Assembly: GCA_963666565.1 (NCBI GenBank)
Contig: OY762911.1
Location: forward strand, 800,001-864,000
Length of the DNA: 64,000 nucleotides
From: Thermoanaerobaculia bacterium
Lineage (GTDB): Bacteria > Acidobacteriota > Thermoanaerobaculia > Multivoradales > Multivoraceae
Direction: 5' to 3'
Below are positions 17,641 through 27,750 of this stretch, one piece after another. The translations under genes were made by a program, and so were the position numbers. A model generated the notes under the pieces. That model saw nothing but the letters and a program-made list of their open reading frames with translations, had not been told where the DNA came from and ran no database searches. Within the stretch, counting starts at the first letter, position 1. Every line of letters starts with the position of its first letter.

Positions 17641-19976
17641 GCAGCGCCGTTCAGGCAATGGCCGCCCGCTTCCAGGCCCTGCTCCGGCGCCGCGAGGGAC
17701 TGTTCGCGAGCCGCCCGACGGTCGTGACTCTCCTGGCCTTGAGCCTGTTCCTGCTCGCGGTGCCGCTCACCATCGGCAAACCCGGCCAGCCGGCGACGCT
17801 CAAGGCGGACGAACCCGCCTACTACCTGATGGCGCTCAGCCTGGCGCGCGACTTCGACCTCCGCTACGAGCCGGCCGACGGCGACCGGCTGCTGGAGGAG
17901 TTCCCCTTCGCCTCCACCCACAACCTGATTCTCATGACCTCGGACGGCTGGGGCACGGCGCACTACGGCAAGCCGCTTCCATACCCGCTGTTCGCGGCGC
18001 CCTTCGCGGCGCTCTTCGGCGCCAACGGAATGGTGTTCCTCAACATGGCGCTGTTCGTCGCGATGGTGTGGCTGGCCGCGACGTTCCTGGCCCGCCGCAC
18101 CGCGCCCGCCGCCGCCGCCGCGTTCGCCTGCGGCCTGCTGCTGCTCTCGGCCTGTTCCCGCTACGTGTTCTGGCTGCAGCCCGAGGTCTTCAACATGTTC
18201 GGCATCTTCGGCGCGCTGTACTGGGGCTTCGAGAACCGGCGGCGGGCGTGGTGGCTGACGGCTCTCTCCGGCGTACTGCTGGCGCTGCCCGTCTACAACA
18301 AGCCGATGTTCGCGGCCGTCGCCCTGCCGCTCGCCGGCGCGTACCTGCTGCGCAGGCAGTGGCGAACGGCCGCGGTCTGGACCGCCGGTTTCGCGGCGAC
18401 CCTGATCCTCCTGGCGGGGATGTCCCAGCGCATGACGGGCCAGCTCCTGCCCTATCTGGGCGCCGACGTGCGGGCCGCCGTGCGAGTGTGCGAACCGGGA
18501 GGCTGGCCGGCCGAGATCGTCGAGGCGCGGCGGATCGAGGAGGCGCGAAGCGCCGGCGCGCCCGATCCGGCGGCCGTCTCGAACCCCGCCAACGTGATCC
18601 CGGAGTCGCCGACCGGCAACGCGTTCACCTGGCTGTTTCGGATTCCGCGCCAGTCGGTGGGGGAAGCGGTCGAAAACGCCGGCTACTTCCTGGTCGGCCG
18701 CCACGCGGGGCTGCTGCCCTACCACCCGTTCGCCGCCATCGCCTTCGGCCTGTTCCTCTTCGGCGGCCGCCGCGACCGGGAGCGCTGGCTGCTGGTCCTG
18801 GCGCTGGCGGTGATCGCCGGCTACTTCCTGCTCTTCATCGGCTGGAACTGGCAGGGCGGCGGCGGCTTCATCGGCAATCGCTACTTCGTCAGCGCGATGC
18901 CGGCCTTCCTCTTCCTCGTGCCGGGCCGGATCCCGCCCTGGACGCTGCCCGCCGGCGGCCTCGCCGCCGGCCTGTTCGCCGGCGCGATGGTGCTGGCGCC
19001 CTTCGGCGTCACCGTGCCGGCGGCGACGCTGCAGGCGCACACGCGGAACGCGCCCCTCCGCTACTTGCCGTTCGAGTTCTCGCTGCGCAACCTGCCCGGC
19101 TACGAGCGGAGGAGCGTCGCCGGCATGAGGATCCTCGGCCGGGCCGACCGGGTGCTGGCGCGCGGCGGCGCCTGGTGGATCGCCGCCCGCGGCCCGAGCG
19201 AGCTGTTCATCGAGTCGCGCCACCGGTTCGACAGCCTGGCGCTGTTCGTAACGTCGCCGGTGGCGGGGAACCGCGTGCGGCTGCGGCTCGACGGCGGCCC
19301 GGCGGTCGACGTCGAGTTCGCCGAGGCCGGCCGGCGGCAGCGGGTGACGCTGCGATCCCGGAAGCCGCACAAGGCGCGGCGGCGCGACGGCCACCGGAGC
19401 TACGTCCACCGCCTGCGCGTCGAGACCGATCGGGGCGCGCCGACCGTGTGGACGCGGGTCCGGCCGCCGGCGCCATGCGCCGTCTACGCCTGGAACCGGC
19501 AGACGGACGAGACCTTCTACCTCGGCGCCGAACTGCGGTTCCTCGGCAGCGAGGAGCACCTGAACGCGGAGGTCTTCGCGGCGCGGATCGGCACCGTCGG
19601 CCTGATGCCGGCCGCGCTTCCGGCCGGAGCGGAGGTCGAACTCCCGGTCGGCGTGACGAACGAATCGCAAGTCGCGTGGCGGCGGCAAGGCTACGTCGGG
19701 GTGAACCTGGCGTCCCGCTGGCGGCGGGGGATTGCGGCGGGCGAAGCTGGCGAACCCGGCCCCCGGATCGCCCCGGAAGGGCGGCGCACCCTGCTGCCGG
19801 AGTTGGCCCCCGGCGCCTTCGAGACGGTCATGCTGCGCGTTCGCGCGCCGGACGAGCCGGGCGACTACACCCTGGAAATCGACCTCGTCTACGAGCACGT
19901 CGCCTGGTTCGAGCAGCGCGGCGTCGCGCCCCTGCGGCTGCCGATCCGGGTGAAGACGCCGGCCGCGAACGAGTAG
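17637..19976 (+). CDS. Polytopic membrane protein, GT-C/PMT-like N-terminus with a C-terminal Ig-like domain
   Basis: KADEPAYYLMALSL (DE after TM1), many TM helices, GNRYF; C-terminal PDEPGDYTLEIDLVYEHVAWF. Confidence 0.7.
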   Translation: MSSAVQAMAARFQALLRRREGLFASRPTVVTLLALSLFLLAVPLTIGKPGQPATLKADEPAYYLMALSLARDFDLRYEPADGDRLLEEFPFASTHNLILMTSDGWGTAHYGKPLPYPLFAAPFAALFGANGMVFLNMALFVAMVWLAATFLARRTAPAAAAAFACGLLLLSACSRYVFWLQPEVFNMFGIFGALYWGFENRRRAWWLTALSGVLLALPVYNKPMFAAVALPLAGAYLLRRQWRTAAVWTAGFAATLILLAGMSQRMTGQLLPYLGADVRAAVRVCEPGGWPAEIVEARRIEEARSAGAPDPAAVSNPANVIPESPTGNAFTWLFRIPRQSVGEAVENAGYFLVGRHAGLLPYHPFAAIAFGLFLFGGRRDRERWLLVLALAVIAGYFLLFIGWNWQGGGGFIGNRYFVSAMPAFLFLVPGRIPPWTLPAGGLAAGLFAGAMVLAPFGVTVPAATLQAHTRNAPLRYLPFEFSLRNLPGYERRSVAGMRILGRADRVLARGGAWWIAARGPSELFIESRHRFDSLALFVTSPVAGNRVRLRLDGGPAVDVEFAEAGRRQRVTLRSRKPHKARRRDGHRSYVHRLRVETDRGAPTVWTRVRPPAPCAVYAWNRQTDETFYLGAELRFLGSEEHLNAEVFAARIGTVGLMPAALPAGAEVELPVGVTNESQVAWRRQGYVGVNLASRWRRGIAAGEAGEPGPRIAPEGRRTLLPELAPGAFETVMLRVRAPDEPGDYTLEIDLVYEHVAWFEQRGVAPLRLPIRVKTPAANE

Positions 19977-20159
19977 ACACACGGCGAGACGGTCATCGAC
20001 GCGCCTCGCGGGAACCGTACCTGTAATCTCGCTACGACGGAGTTCGATCTGGTCCACTCGTCCAGCCCGCAACCCCGGCGAGCGCCAGGAACTCAGCGCG
20101 TTCCGGCGCCAGTTCTCGCATCTCCACCGCCGGCCGGCCAGAAGGGCCACAACGAACCG

Positions 20160-21353
20160 ATGAACGCTGTCTACTCGGATGCCGAACTTGAGACCATGAT
20201 GGTCGACCTCGAGTCCGACCTTGTGGAGCGCAAACGAACCGGAGCGGACGGCAAGACCATACGCAAGAACATCTGCGCGTTCGCCAACGATGTCCCGGGC
20301 AATCGTCGTCCTGGAGTCATCCTCGTCGGCGTGGAGGATGACGGCGGCTGTTCCAACACACTCATCGACGACGAGTTGCTGACGAGGCTGGCGCAAACTC
20401 GGAGCGACGGCAACATCCAGCCGCTGCCTTCCCTGACCGTGCAGAAGCGGATCCTGAAGGGCTGCGCCGTGGCCGTGGTCTTTGTCGAACCCTCGCAAGA
20501 CCCCCCGGTCCGCTATCGAGGCCGCGTCTGGGTCCGGATCGGTCCCAGCGTGGTCGTAGCGGCGGCGGCCGACGAGCGACGACTCGTAGAGCGACGCCGC
20601 TCCGCCAACGCCCCATTCGATCTTCAGCCCGTTCCCAACGCGACGCCGGCCGATCTCGACCAGAACTACTCTCTTGACAGCTACCTTCCTCTCGCGATCG
20701 CCACCGACGTACTCGAGAAGAACGAGCGTTCCCCTTCTCAGCAGTTGCACTCCCTGCGATTGCTGAGTGGCGGGCGTCCGACATGGGGCGGCCTGCTGGC
20801 CTTCGGCAGAGAGACACAGCACTGGCTGCCTGGAGCCTACGTCCAGTTCCTCCGTATCGACGGCCGTCGCGTCACGGATCCGATCCGCAACCAAAGGACC
20901 TTGTCCGGGCGGCTGAACGACGTCCTCCGTCAGGTGTCCGAGCTTCTGGAGTTGAACATCTCGGTGCGGACGGATATCAGATCGGCGCCGACCGAACTTC
21001 GATCGCCCGACTATCCGATCGAGGCGCTCCGGCAACTGGCCTACAACGCGATCATGCATCGCAGCTACGAGGGAACCAACGCTCCCGTACACATCTACTG
21101 GTACGAGGATCGGGTCGAGATCCAGAATCCGGGCGGGCTCTACGGCGCCGTGACCCCCGACAACGTCTTCGACGGCGTGACCGACTACAGGAATCCGCTG
21201 GTTGCCGAGATCATGCACAATCTCGGGTTCGCACAGCGGTTCGGCTTTGGCGTTCGGCTGGCACGAGACGCACTGAGCGAGAACGGCAATCCCGATCCCG
21301 TGTTCGACTTCCAGCCCGGACACGTCGGCGTGACGGTGAGGGCAGCGACATGA
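20160..21353 (+). CDS. AlbA_2 (Schlafen-like) domain plus RecG-C/HATPase_c_4-type domain protein
   Basis: ESDLVERK, ICAFAN, GVILVGVEDDG; YPIEALRQLAYNAIMHRSY, DRVEIQNPGGL, RNPLVA. Confidence 0.85.
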   Translation: MNAVYSDAELETMMVDLESDLVERKRTGADGKTIRKNICAFANDVPGNRRPGVILVGVEDDGGCSNTLIDDELLTRLAQTRSDGNIQPLPSLTVQKRILKGCAVAVVFVEPSQDPPVRYRGRVWVRIGPSVVVAAAADERRLVERRRSANAPFDLQPVPNATPADLDQNYSLDSYLPLAIATDVLEKNERSPSQQLHSLRLLSGGRPTWGGLLAFGRETQHWLPGAYVQFLRIDGRRVTDPIRNQRTLSGRLNDVLRQVSELLELNISVRTDIRSAPTELRSPDYPIEALRQLAYNAIMHRSYEGTNAPVHIYWYEDRVEIQNPGGLYGAVTPDNVFDGVTDYRNPLVAEIMHNLGFAQRFGFGVRLARDALSENGNPDPVFDFQPGHVGVTVRAAT

Positions 21354-22339
21354 AGACCGTTGCCTTCTTCAACAACAAGGGGGGCGTGGGCAAGACCACG
21401 CTCGTCTACCACCTGGCCTGGATGTACGCGGATCTGGGCGTCAACGTGGTCGCGGCGGATCTCGATCCGCAGGCCAATTTGACGAGCATGTTCCTGAGCG
21501 ACGCCGAGATTGAGCGTCTTTGGCCCGATAGCGGCGACCGCGGAACGATCTTCGGTTCGCTCGTGCCCCTCATCGAGGGCTACGGTGACATCACGCCGCC
21601 CTTGCTACAGGAGCCTACACCGGGTCTGAAGTTGGTCGCGGGCGACCTCGCACTAGCCGAAGCCGAGGACTCGCTCTCCAGCCAGTGGCCCGGTTGCCTG
21701 GACCGGAAACCCAGGGCGTTCCGGGTCCTCTCGGCCCTGTGGCGAATTCTGTGCTTGGCCGCAGACAGAAGTGACGCTGATCTTGTCCTGATAGACGTCG
21801 GGCCGAACCTGGGCGCCTTCAACCGTGCTGCGCTGGTGGCGGCAGACCACGTTGTCGTGCCACTGGCACCGGACCTCTACTCTCTGCAGGGTCTCAGAAA
21901 CCTCGGACCCAAACTCATCAGTTGGCGCGAGGAGTGGGCCGAGCGCAGAGTTCGCAACCCGGTCCGCGATCTCAGGCTTCCGAACGGAGACATGCGGCCG
22001 GCGGGCTACGTCGTCATGCAGCACGCGGTGAGGCTGGATCGACCGGTGAAGGCCTACGCGAAGTGGATGGAACGGATTCCGCGTCAGTATCACGGAGAAG
22101 TGCTCAATGAACCCTTGGACGGCCAAGTCACGATCGAGGCCGACTCCCACTGCCTCGCGACCTTGAAGCACTTCAGAAGCCTGATGCCTTTCGCTCAGGA
22201 GGCTCGCAAACCGATGTTCGCTCTGAGGCCCGCCGACGGCGCCATCGGCGGTCACGTGTATGCCGTTCAGGACTGCTACCGCGATTTCAAGAGGCTGGCG
22301 CTTGCAGTGGCGGAGCGAGTCGGCATCGGAACTCGGTAA
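21350..22339 (+). CDS. ParA/MinD-family ATPase (orphan, no parB)
   Basis: FNNKGGVGKTT deviant Walker A, DLDPQANLT, LIDVGP; ATGA overlap with the upstream gene. Confidence 0.9.
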   Translation: MKTVAFFNNKGGVGKTTLVYHLAWMYADLGVNVVAADLDPQANLTSMFLSDAEIERLWPDSGDRGTIFGSLVPLIEGYGDITPPLLQEPTPGLKLVAGDLALAEAEDSLSSQWPGCLDRKPRAFRVLSALWRILCLAADRSDADLVLIDVGPNLGAFNRAALVAADHVVVPLAPDLYSLQGLRNLGPKLISWREEWAERRVRNPVRDLRLPNGDMRPAGYVVMQHAVRLDRPVKAYAKWMERIPRQYHGEVLNEPLDGQVTIEADSHCLATLKHFRSLMPFAQEARKPMFALRPADGAIGGHVYAVQDCYRDFKRLALAVAERVGIGTR

Positions 22340-22380
22340 CCAGCTCGGCGCCAATCCTCAATGGAGCGCACCGGCTGTGG

Positions 22381-23775
22381 CTAGTCCATCTCCTCAAGCA
22401 AACCGGCCTTGAACAGCGCGTCGGCCGCTTCGCTGAGAATTCCTGGCCGCAAGCGCGAGCGTTCCGCGATGTCCGACAGCGAGTGCTCGCCGTCGCTCTG
22501 GTTGAGCACCCACAGCATGGCGATCTCGAACTCCTTCCGGCCGGCGCCGCCGAGGCCGCCGTAGAGGCCGCGGCGGCCTAGCTGCGGTTCGCCGAAGGGT
22601 TCGAGGTTGCGGTAGCGACGGGCGCCGGCGGAGTGTTGGACGCGGGACCGGCCGCGTTGCGGTTCAACGGCAGAATCCCGGGCGCTGCTACGCGCGGCGC
22701 CTCCCTCCAGCACGGCCGCTGTCGCCAGATACGCGGCGAGCGAGCCGGCAAGGGCTTCGGCGCCGATAAACGACAGGTCGTCGGCGGAGGTGTGGTACTC
22801 GGGATAGCGGCCCCAGGAGGTGCGGGTCAGGACGCCGACGGGCAGGTCGAAGCCCGGGGAGCAGTACTGCCGTTCGTCGTAGCCGAAGGGGAAGAAGTCC
22901 TCGGCGACGAGATCCTCGCCGAGTCCGGCGAGGGCGGCCAGGACGGCGCGGTCGATCTCGCGGTCGCCGCGGCGGCTCTTCTTGTAGTGGAAGGCGCCCC
23001 CGTCGCCCAGATTGGCCGCGATCAGGCCGTGGCGGAAGGTGTCCAGGCGCTCGCGGTTCCGGGCCAGCCAGACGATGGCGCCGACGCCGCCCGGGGCGAA
23101 CAGGAAGCGATAGCTGTAGCGGCGCTCGTGTACCCGGGCGAGGGCCTCGGCCAGGTGGACCGCGACCGCGATCCCCGAGAGGTTGTCGTTGGCGAGCTGC
23201 GGATGGCAGACGTGGCTCGAGACGAAGACCTCTTCGGCGGTCTTCCCCGGCAGCAGGCACTCGCCCCAGGTCATCGAGCCGTTCTTGAGCGAGGCGTCGA
23301 TGAAGACCTCGTACTCGCCGCCCGGCAGGGATTCGAGGAGTCGATGGGGCAGGCAGAAGCCCCAGGTTTCCTCGTAGTAGGAGGTGCGGTACGGGATCAG
23401 GTCCGGCTGTTCCGGCAGGCTGTGCAGGTGGGGCCGCAGCTCGTCGAGCGTCATCCGGCGATGGACCGGGACGCTGTAGCCGACCAGGTGGAGCGCGTGG
23501 TCGGCGAAGTCGACGACACGACGGCCCGAGGGATCGCGGATCCATGCTTCGCGCGGGTTCCACTCCGGCGGCACGGTCCAGTCGAGGACCGGCGTACCGG
23601 TGGGGAGTTCGTGGAGTTCCAGCGGGATCCGGCGGCCGATCCGTTCCAGGGTCTCGCGGACGCCGTCGCCGGTCAGGCTGCGGCGGATCGGGTACAGCTC
23701 GGCGGCGAGGTCCATCATCGACCGGCCGGCCGCTTCGCGGTCGAGAGCGGCAAGGGCCTGCCGGACGGTGGACAT
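22381..23775 (-). CDS. DUF4910-type aminopeptidase-like protein (often in polysaccharide loci)
   Basis: PIRRSLTGDGVRETL, DWTVPPEW, PYRTSYY, HVCHPQLANDNLSG, GYDERQYCSPG, YHTSAD, C-terminal wHTH. Confidence 0.85.
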   Translation of the reverse strand: MSTVRQALAALDREAAGRSMMDLAAELYPIRRSLTGDGVRETLERIGRRIPLELHELPTGTPVLDWTVPPEWNPREAWIRDPSGRRVVDFADHALHLVGYSVPVHRRMTLDELRPHLHSLPEQPDLIPYRTSYYEETWGFCLPHRLLESLPGGEYEVFIDASLKNGSMTWGECLLPGKTAEEVFVSSHVCHPQLANDNLSGIAVAVHLAEALARVHERRYSYRFLFAPGGVGAIVWLARNRERLDTFRHGLIAANLGDGGAFHYKKSRRGDREIDRAVLAALAGLGEDLVAEDFFPFGYDERQYCSPGFDLPVGVLTRTSWGRYPEYHTSADDLSFIGAEALAGSLAAYLATAAVLEGGAARSSARDSAVEPQRGRSRVQHSAGARRYRNLEPFGEPQLGRRGLYGGLGGAGRKEFEIAMLWVLNQSDGEHSLSDIAERSRLRPGILSEAADALFKAGLLEEMD

Positions 23776-23794
23776 GGGCCTATTCTGCGCGAAG

Positions 23795-23935
23795 CCTGGG
23801 TGCGCGGGTCTTCCGACCCGCTGCCGCCGAAGGCGGCCAGGTGGTTCTTCGTCGCCGGCCAAGGCCGGCGGCCATTCTCCGCGTCGCCGCTGCGCGTCGC
23901 CGCCGGAAGCGGGTCGGAAGACCCGCGCACCCAGG
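23795..23935. repeat. Inverted pair of REP-like units (REPIN-like)
   Basis: CCTGGGTGCGCGGGTCTTCCGACCCGC at 23795 and its reverse complement ending at 23935. Confidence 0.9.
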
Positions 23936-25894
23936 CTACAGGTACCCCATCGCCTTCAGGCGCTCGATCTCCTGCCGCGTCCGTTCGACGTCCGTGCCGC
24001 CCACCGTATCGACCGGCTGCCAGGCGTCGCGATAGGTCGCAACCCGGCGTGACGAACCCGGGTCCGGCGGCGATTCGAACGCGCCCTCCAGCACCCTGCC
24101 CTCGGCATCCTCCGGAACCGGCAGACCCAGCAGCGCCAGCACGGTCGGAAACACGTCGAGCACATGGCTGCTCTCCAGCCGGTGGCCGCGGCGGATGCCG
24201 GGGCCATGCATCAGCAGAACGCCGTCCGGGCCGTGCCTGTGCTGGGTGTACAGCCGGTGAACGAAGGTCGGCGACTGGCCGTGGTCCGAGGCGATGACGA
24301 AGACCGTCTCGGGACCCAGGGCTGCCCGCAAGTCACCGACCACACGGTCGATCCGCCGGTAGACGTCCGCCACCGCCTCCCCGTGCTCCTCGATGCCCGC
24401 CGATGAAACGAACGGAAACAGCTCCGGCTCGGCCCAGCGCCAGCGCTGGTGCGAGACGGTGTCCGGTTCATGGGTGTAGAGGTTGAGAAAGCGCGGCGGC
24501 GGTTCGCCCTGCGCGGAGCGGTGCTCCAGCAGGGCGATCGCGGCCCGGTGCTGCCAGTCGAGGTCCAGCCGGCCCGCAGCGGCGTCCCGAACCCCGGGAG
24601 GCAGTTCGGGCGGTTGCGCGAACCAGGTCAGCATCGGCGAGGACGGGCGCCGGCCCCCCGCGGCGGATGCCTGCGAGGCGTCCGCGTTGCCGGACCCCGG
24701 CGAGGCGCCCAAGTTGCCGGATGCCGGCGAAACGCTCGCGCTTCCGGACGTCGCCTCCCCGAACGCGGTATCCGGCGGCAAGCCGGCCAGGGCGTCGTTC
24801 AGACCGTAGGCCAGCACGCGGCTCCCCCGCTCCAGCGGCGCCTGAGCCGGGAACGAGTAGAAGTAGCCGTCGACGACGACCGTCGGCAGTCCGGCGCGAT
24901 CCGCGATCTCCCAGATCGGCGGAGACGCCAGGTCGAGCCGGTTGACAAAGCGCCGCGAGATCCCCGGCACCCGGGCCACCAGGTCGATCAGCTCCTTGAA
25001 GCTGGTGCGGTGAACCGGGAACAGGCCGGCGCCCGAACCGGGAAAGCGAATCCGGTAGAAGTCGTGGACGCCGTGCCGCCGGGGCGTCTCGCCGGTGTAG
25101 ATCGACGCCCAGATCACCGCGGAGTTGGCGTTGCCGATCGTCTCGAGCCGGCTCGACGTGCCCTCGCGGACGAACTCCGCCAGGTTCGGCAGGTCGCCGT
25201 CGTCGATCAGGTCCTGGAGCATGTCGGGGTCCACCCCGTCGAAGCCCAGCAGAGCCACCGGCGGCCCCTCGCCGGCGACCAGCGCGGTCGGGTCGAAGGA
25301 CGCCGCCTCCTTCTCCGGAACGAGCCGGAACGCGACCGGCAGGACGACGTGGATCGCAACGAGGGCCAGCGCGAGCGCACCCACGAGCCGCGGCACTCGA
25401 CCGGCGTCGAGACGGGCCACCCGAGCCGCCAGCGTCCAGGCGACGATCCAGATGGCCGCCCCCGCCAGAACGCCGGCCACGGCCAGGAACAGCGCCATGC
25501 TCCAGAAGCCGGCGGGCGTGAACCAGGGGACCTGCCCGTAGGTCAGGCCGTAGAACAGGACGAGTTCGAGGAAGACGACGGCGAAGAGGCACGCGGCAAG
25601 CGCGGCCGGCCTGCCCGCCGGCCTCCGGCGCAAGTGGGCGAGGGTCCGCCACAGCAGCCCCAGGCCGCCGAAGGCGGCGCCCGCCCAGATCCCGTAGAGC
25701 AGCCCGAAGAGCAGGAGGGCGGCGACTCCGGCGACCGGGCTCTCCGTCCGGTTGTGCACGAGGTGGGCAAGCGAAATCGGCCCGCCGAACAGCAGCGCGC
25801 CGAACAGCAGACCTGCCCGCAGGTCGCGGCCGCAGGCGACCGGCACGTCCAGCCACCCGCGTACGAAGGAAGCCGTGCCACCACGTTCGGCCAC
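23936..25894 (-). CDS. Membrane-anchored alkaline-phosphatase/nucleotide-pyrophosphatase family protein
   Basis: About five N-terminal TM helices; GFDGVD, NSAVIWASIYTG, HG, ASDHG, LKAMGYL. Confidence 0.8.
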   Translation of the reverse strand: MAERGGTASFVRGWLDVPVACGRDLRAGLLFGALLFGGPISLAHLVHNRTESPVAGVAALLLFGLLYGIWAGAAFGGLGLLWRTLAHLRRRPAGRPAALAACLFAVVFLELVLFYGLTYGQVPWFTPAGFWSMALFLAVAGVLAGAAIWIVAWTLAARVARLDAGRVPRLVGALALALVAIHVVLPVAFRLVPEKEAASFDPTALVAGEGPPVALLGFDGVDPDMLQDLIDDGDLPNLAEFVREGTSSRLETIGNANSAVIWASIYTGETPRRHGVHDFYRIRFPGSGAGLFPVHRTSFKELIDLVARVPGISRRFVNRLDLASPPIWEIADRAGLPTVVVDGYFYSFPAQAPLERGSRVLAYGLNDALAGLPPDTAFGEATSGSASVSPASGNLGASPGSGNADASQASAAGGRRPSSPMLTWFAQPPELPPGVRDAAAGRLDLDWQHRAAIALLEHRSAQGEPPPRFLNLYTHEPDTVSHQRWRWAEPELFPFVSSAGIEEHGEAVADVYRRIDRVVGDLRAALGPETVFVIASDHGQSPTFVHRLYTQHRHGPDGVLLMHGPGIRRGHRLESSHVLDVFPTVLALLGLPVPEDAEGRVLEGAFESPPDPGSSRRVATYRDAWQPVDTVGGTDVERTRQEIERLKAMGYL

Positions 25895-26046
25895 GGGCCG
25901 GGATGATACGGCAGCGGTGGCCCGTCGCTGCTAGGGTCGCGCTCCCCGTGTCGGCGAGATGCGGGCCGAACCGCGAGTTGCCTGAAGGAACCGGACATGG
26001 CCACTTCTGAAGCACCAGGGTCGGTCATGGAACTTGCGAGGGACTC

Positions 26047-27402
26047 GTGACAGCGAAATCCAACGTAGTCGTCGTCGGCATGCAGTGGGGCGACGAGGGC
26101 AAGGGGAAGATCATCGATCTCCTGTGCCCCGCCTTCGATGCCGTGGTCCGCTTCCAGGGCGGCAACAACGCCGGCCACACGGTGAAGTTCGGCAGCGGCG
26201 AGGGCGACGAGCACTTCGCCCTGCACCTGATCCCTTCCGGCATCCTGCACGAGGGAGTGGCCTGCTACCTCGGCAACGGCATGGTGATCGACCCGGACGC
26301 CTTTCTCGCCGAGGTCGCCCAACTGGAGCGACGCGGCATCGAAACGGCCGGCCGGCTGCGGCTTTCCGACCGGGCGCACGCGCTGACGCCGGTGCATGTG
26401 GCGCTCGACATCGTCCGCGAGGAAGCGCGCGGCGCGGACCGGATCGGCACCACCGCCAAGGGCATCGGCCCGGCCTACGAGAGCAAGATCGGCCGCACCG
26501 GCATTCGCCTGGCGGAACTCGTCGCCGGCGGCGAGGCCATGATGAACCGGCAGATCGTGCGGGTGGCGAACTTCGAGCGCCCGGCCGCCGAGGGCGCCGA
26601 ACTGGACCCCGAAGCCGCCGCGGCGGACTTCACCCGCTGGGCCGAACGCCTGTCTCCCTACCTCTGCGACCTGTCGGTCGAACTGGACGATCTGATGCGC
26701 GGCGGCGGCGCCATCCTGTTCGAGGGCGCGCAGGGCGCGCTGCTCGACGTCGACCACGGGACCTACCCCTACGTGACGAGCTCGAACTCGACGACCGGCG
26801 GCGCCGCGACCGGCAGCGGCGTGCCGCCGACCGCCATCGACGGAGCGATCGGGGTGGTCAAGGCCTACACGACCCGGGTCGGCGAGGGTCCGATGCCCAC
26901 CGAGCTGGTCGACAACGTGGGGCGCCACCTGCGGGACCGCGGACACGAGTTCGGCACCACGACCGGGCGGCCCCGGCGCTGCGGCTGGCTCGATCTGGTC
27001 GTCCTGCGCCACGCGAGCCGCGTCAACGGAGCGCGTTGTCTGGCCCTGACGAAGATCGACGTGCTCGACGAGCTGGACGAACTCCAGGTCTGCGTCGCCT
27101 ACCGCATCGGCGGCGAGGCGGTCCGCAACCTGCCGGCGGTGACGGACCGCCTGGAGGCCGCCGAGCCCGTCTACCGGAGCTTCCCCGGCTGGAAGCAGGA
27201 CACGCGCGGCGTGCTCGACCGGAGCGACCTGCCGCGGGCCGCCCTCGACTACATCGACTTCCTGGAGCAGGAACTGGACGCGAGCGCGGACCTGATCTCC
27301 TCCGGCCCGAGGCGCGAGGAAACCGTCGTCAGCGGCGGCGGCCCGCTCGAGGAGTGGTTGGGCGACCGGTTCGCGACCGCCCAGGCGGCGGTCGGCGAGT
27401 AG
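26047..27402 (+). CDS. purA: Adenylosuccinate synthetase
   Basis: QWGDEGKGK, GGNNAGHT, IGTTAKGIGPAY, EGAQG, GTYPYVTSS, GTTTGRPRRCGW. Confidence 0.98.
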   Translation: MTAKSNVVVVGMQWGDEGKGKIIDLLCPAFDAVVRFQGGNNAGHTVKFGSGEGDEHFALHLIPSGILHEGVACYLGNGMVIDPDAFLAEVAQLERRGIETAGRLRLSDRAHALTPVHVALDIVREEARGADRIGTTAKGIGPAYESKIGRTGIRLAELVAGGEAMMNRQIVRVANFERPAAEGAELDPEAAAADFTRWAERLSPYLCDLSVELDDLMRGGGAILFEGAQGALLDVDHGTYPYVTSSNSTTGGAATGSGVPPTAIDGAIGVVKAYTTRVGEGPMPTELVDNVGRHLRDRGHEFGTTTGRPRRCGWLDLVVLRHASRVNGARCLALTKIDVLDELDELQVCVAYRIGGEAVRNLPAVTDRLEAAEPVYRSFPGWKQDTRGVLDRSDLPRAALDYIDFLEQELDASADLISSGPRREETVVSGGGPLEEWLGDRFATAQAAVGE

Positions 27403-27424
27403 ACCGGATTCCGCCTGCGGCGGA

Positions 27425-27451
27425 TGCCGGCGGGGACGCCGGCGCACCCAG
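27425..27451. repeat. REP-like variant with a different stem
   Basis: GCCGGCG-GGGA-CGCCGGC hairpin + GCACCCAG tail. Confidence 0.7.
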
Positions 27452-27490
27452 TCCGGGCCGTCGGCGATCGGTGGGGCCGTATACTGCGCC

Positions 27491-27566
27491 GGGCCGTTAG
27501 CTCAGTTGGTAGAGCAGTGGACTTTTAATCCAAGGGTCGGGGGTTCGATCCCCTCACGGCCCACCA
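27491..27566 (+). tRNA. tRNA-Lys (TTT)
   Basis: GGGCCGT/ACGGCCC acceptor stem, anticodon loop CTTTTAA, GGTTCGATCC T-arm, encoded CCA. Confidence 0.96.
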
Positions 27567-27653
27567 CGGGTCATGCGCTTCGAGCCGGCGGCTGGCGCGG
27601 CCCGGACGACGCGGCCGCCGGCTGACGCGACTACTGGGCCGCCTGCGGCGGCA

Positions 27654-27712
27654 GCGGGTCGGAGGACCCGCGCACCCAGTGAACAGCGCGGGTCGGAGGA
27701 CTCGCGCACCCG
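27654..27712. repeat. Two REP-like units
   Basis: GCGGGTCGGAGGACCCGCGCACCCAG and GCGGGTCGGAGGACTCGCGCACCCG. Confidence 0.85.
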
Positions 27713-27750
27713 ATGACGACCAGTGCCCACAAGCCCATAGGATCGTCTCC

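Noticed and set aside
21350-22339. Plasmid or chromosome partition locus
   Set aside because: No parB, parS-like palindrome or rep gene nearby; the context is chromosomal housekeeping.
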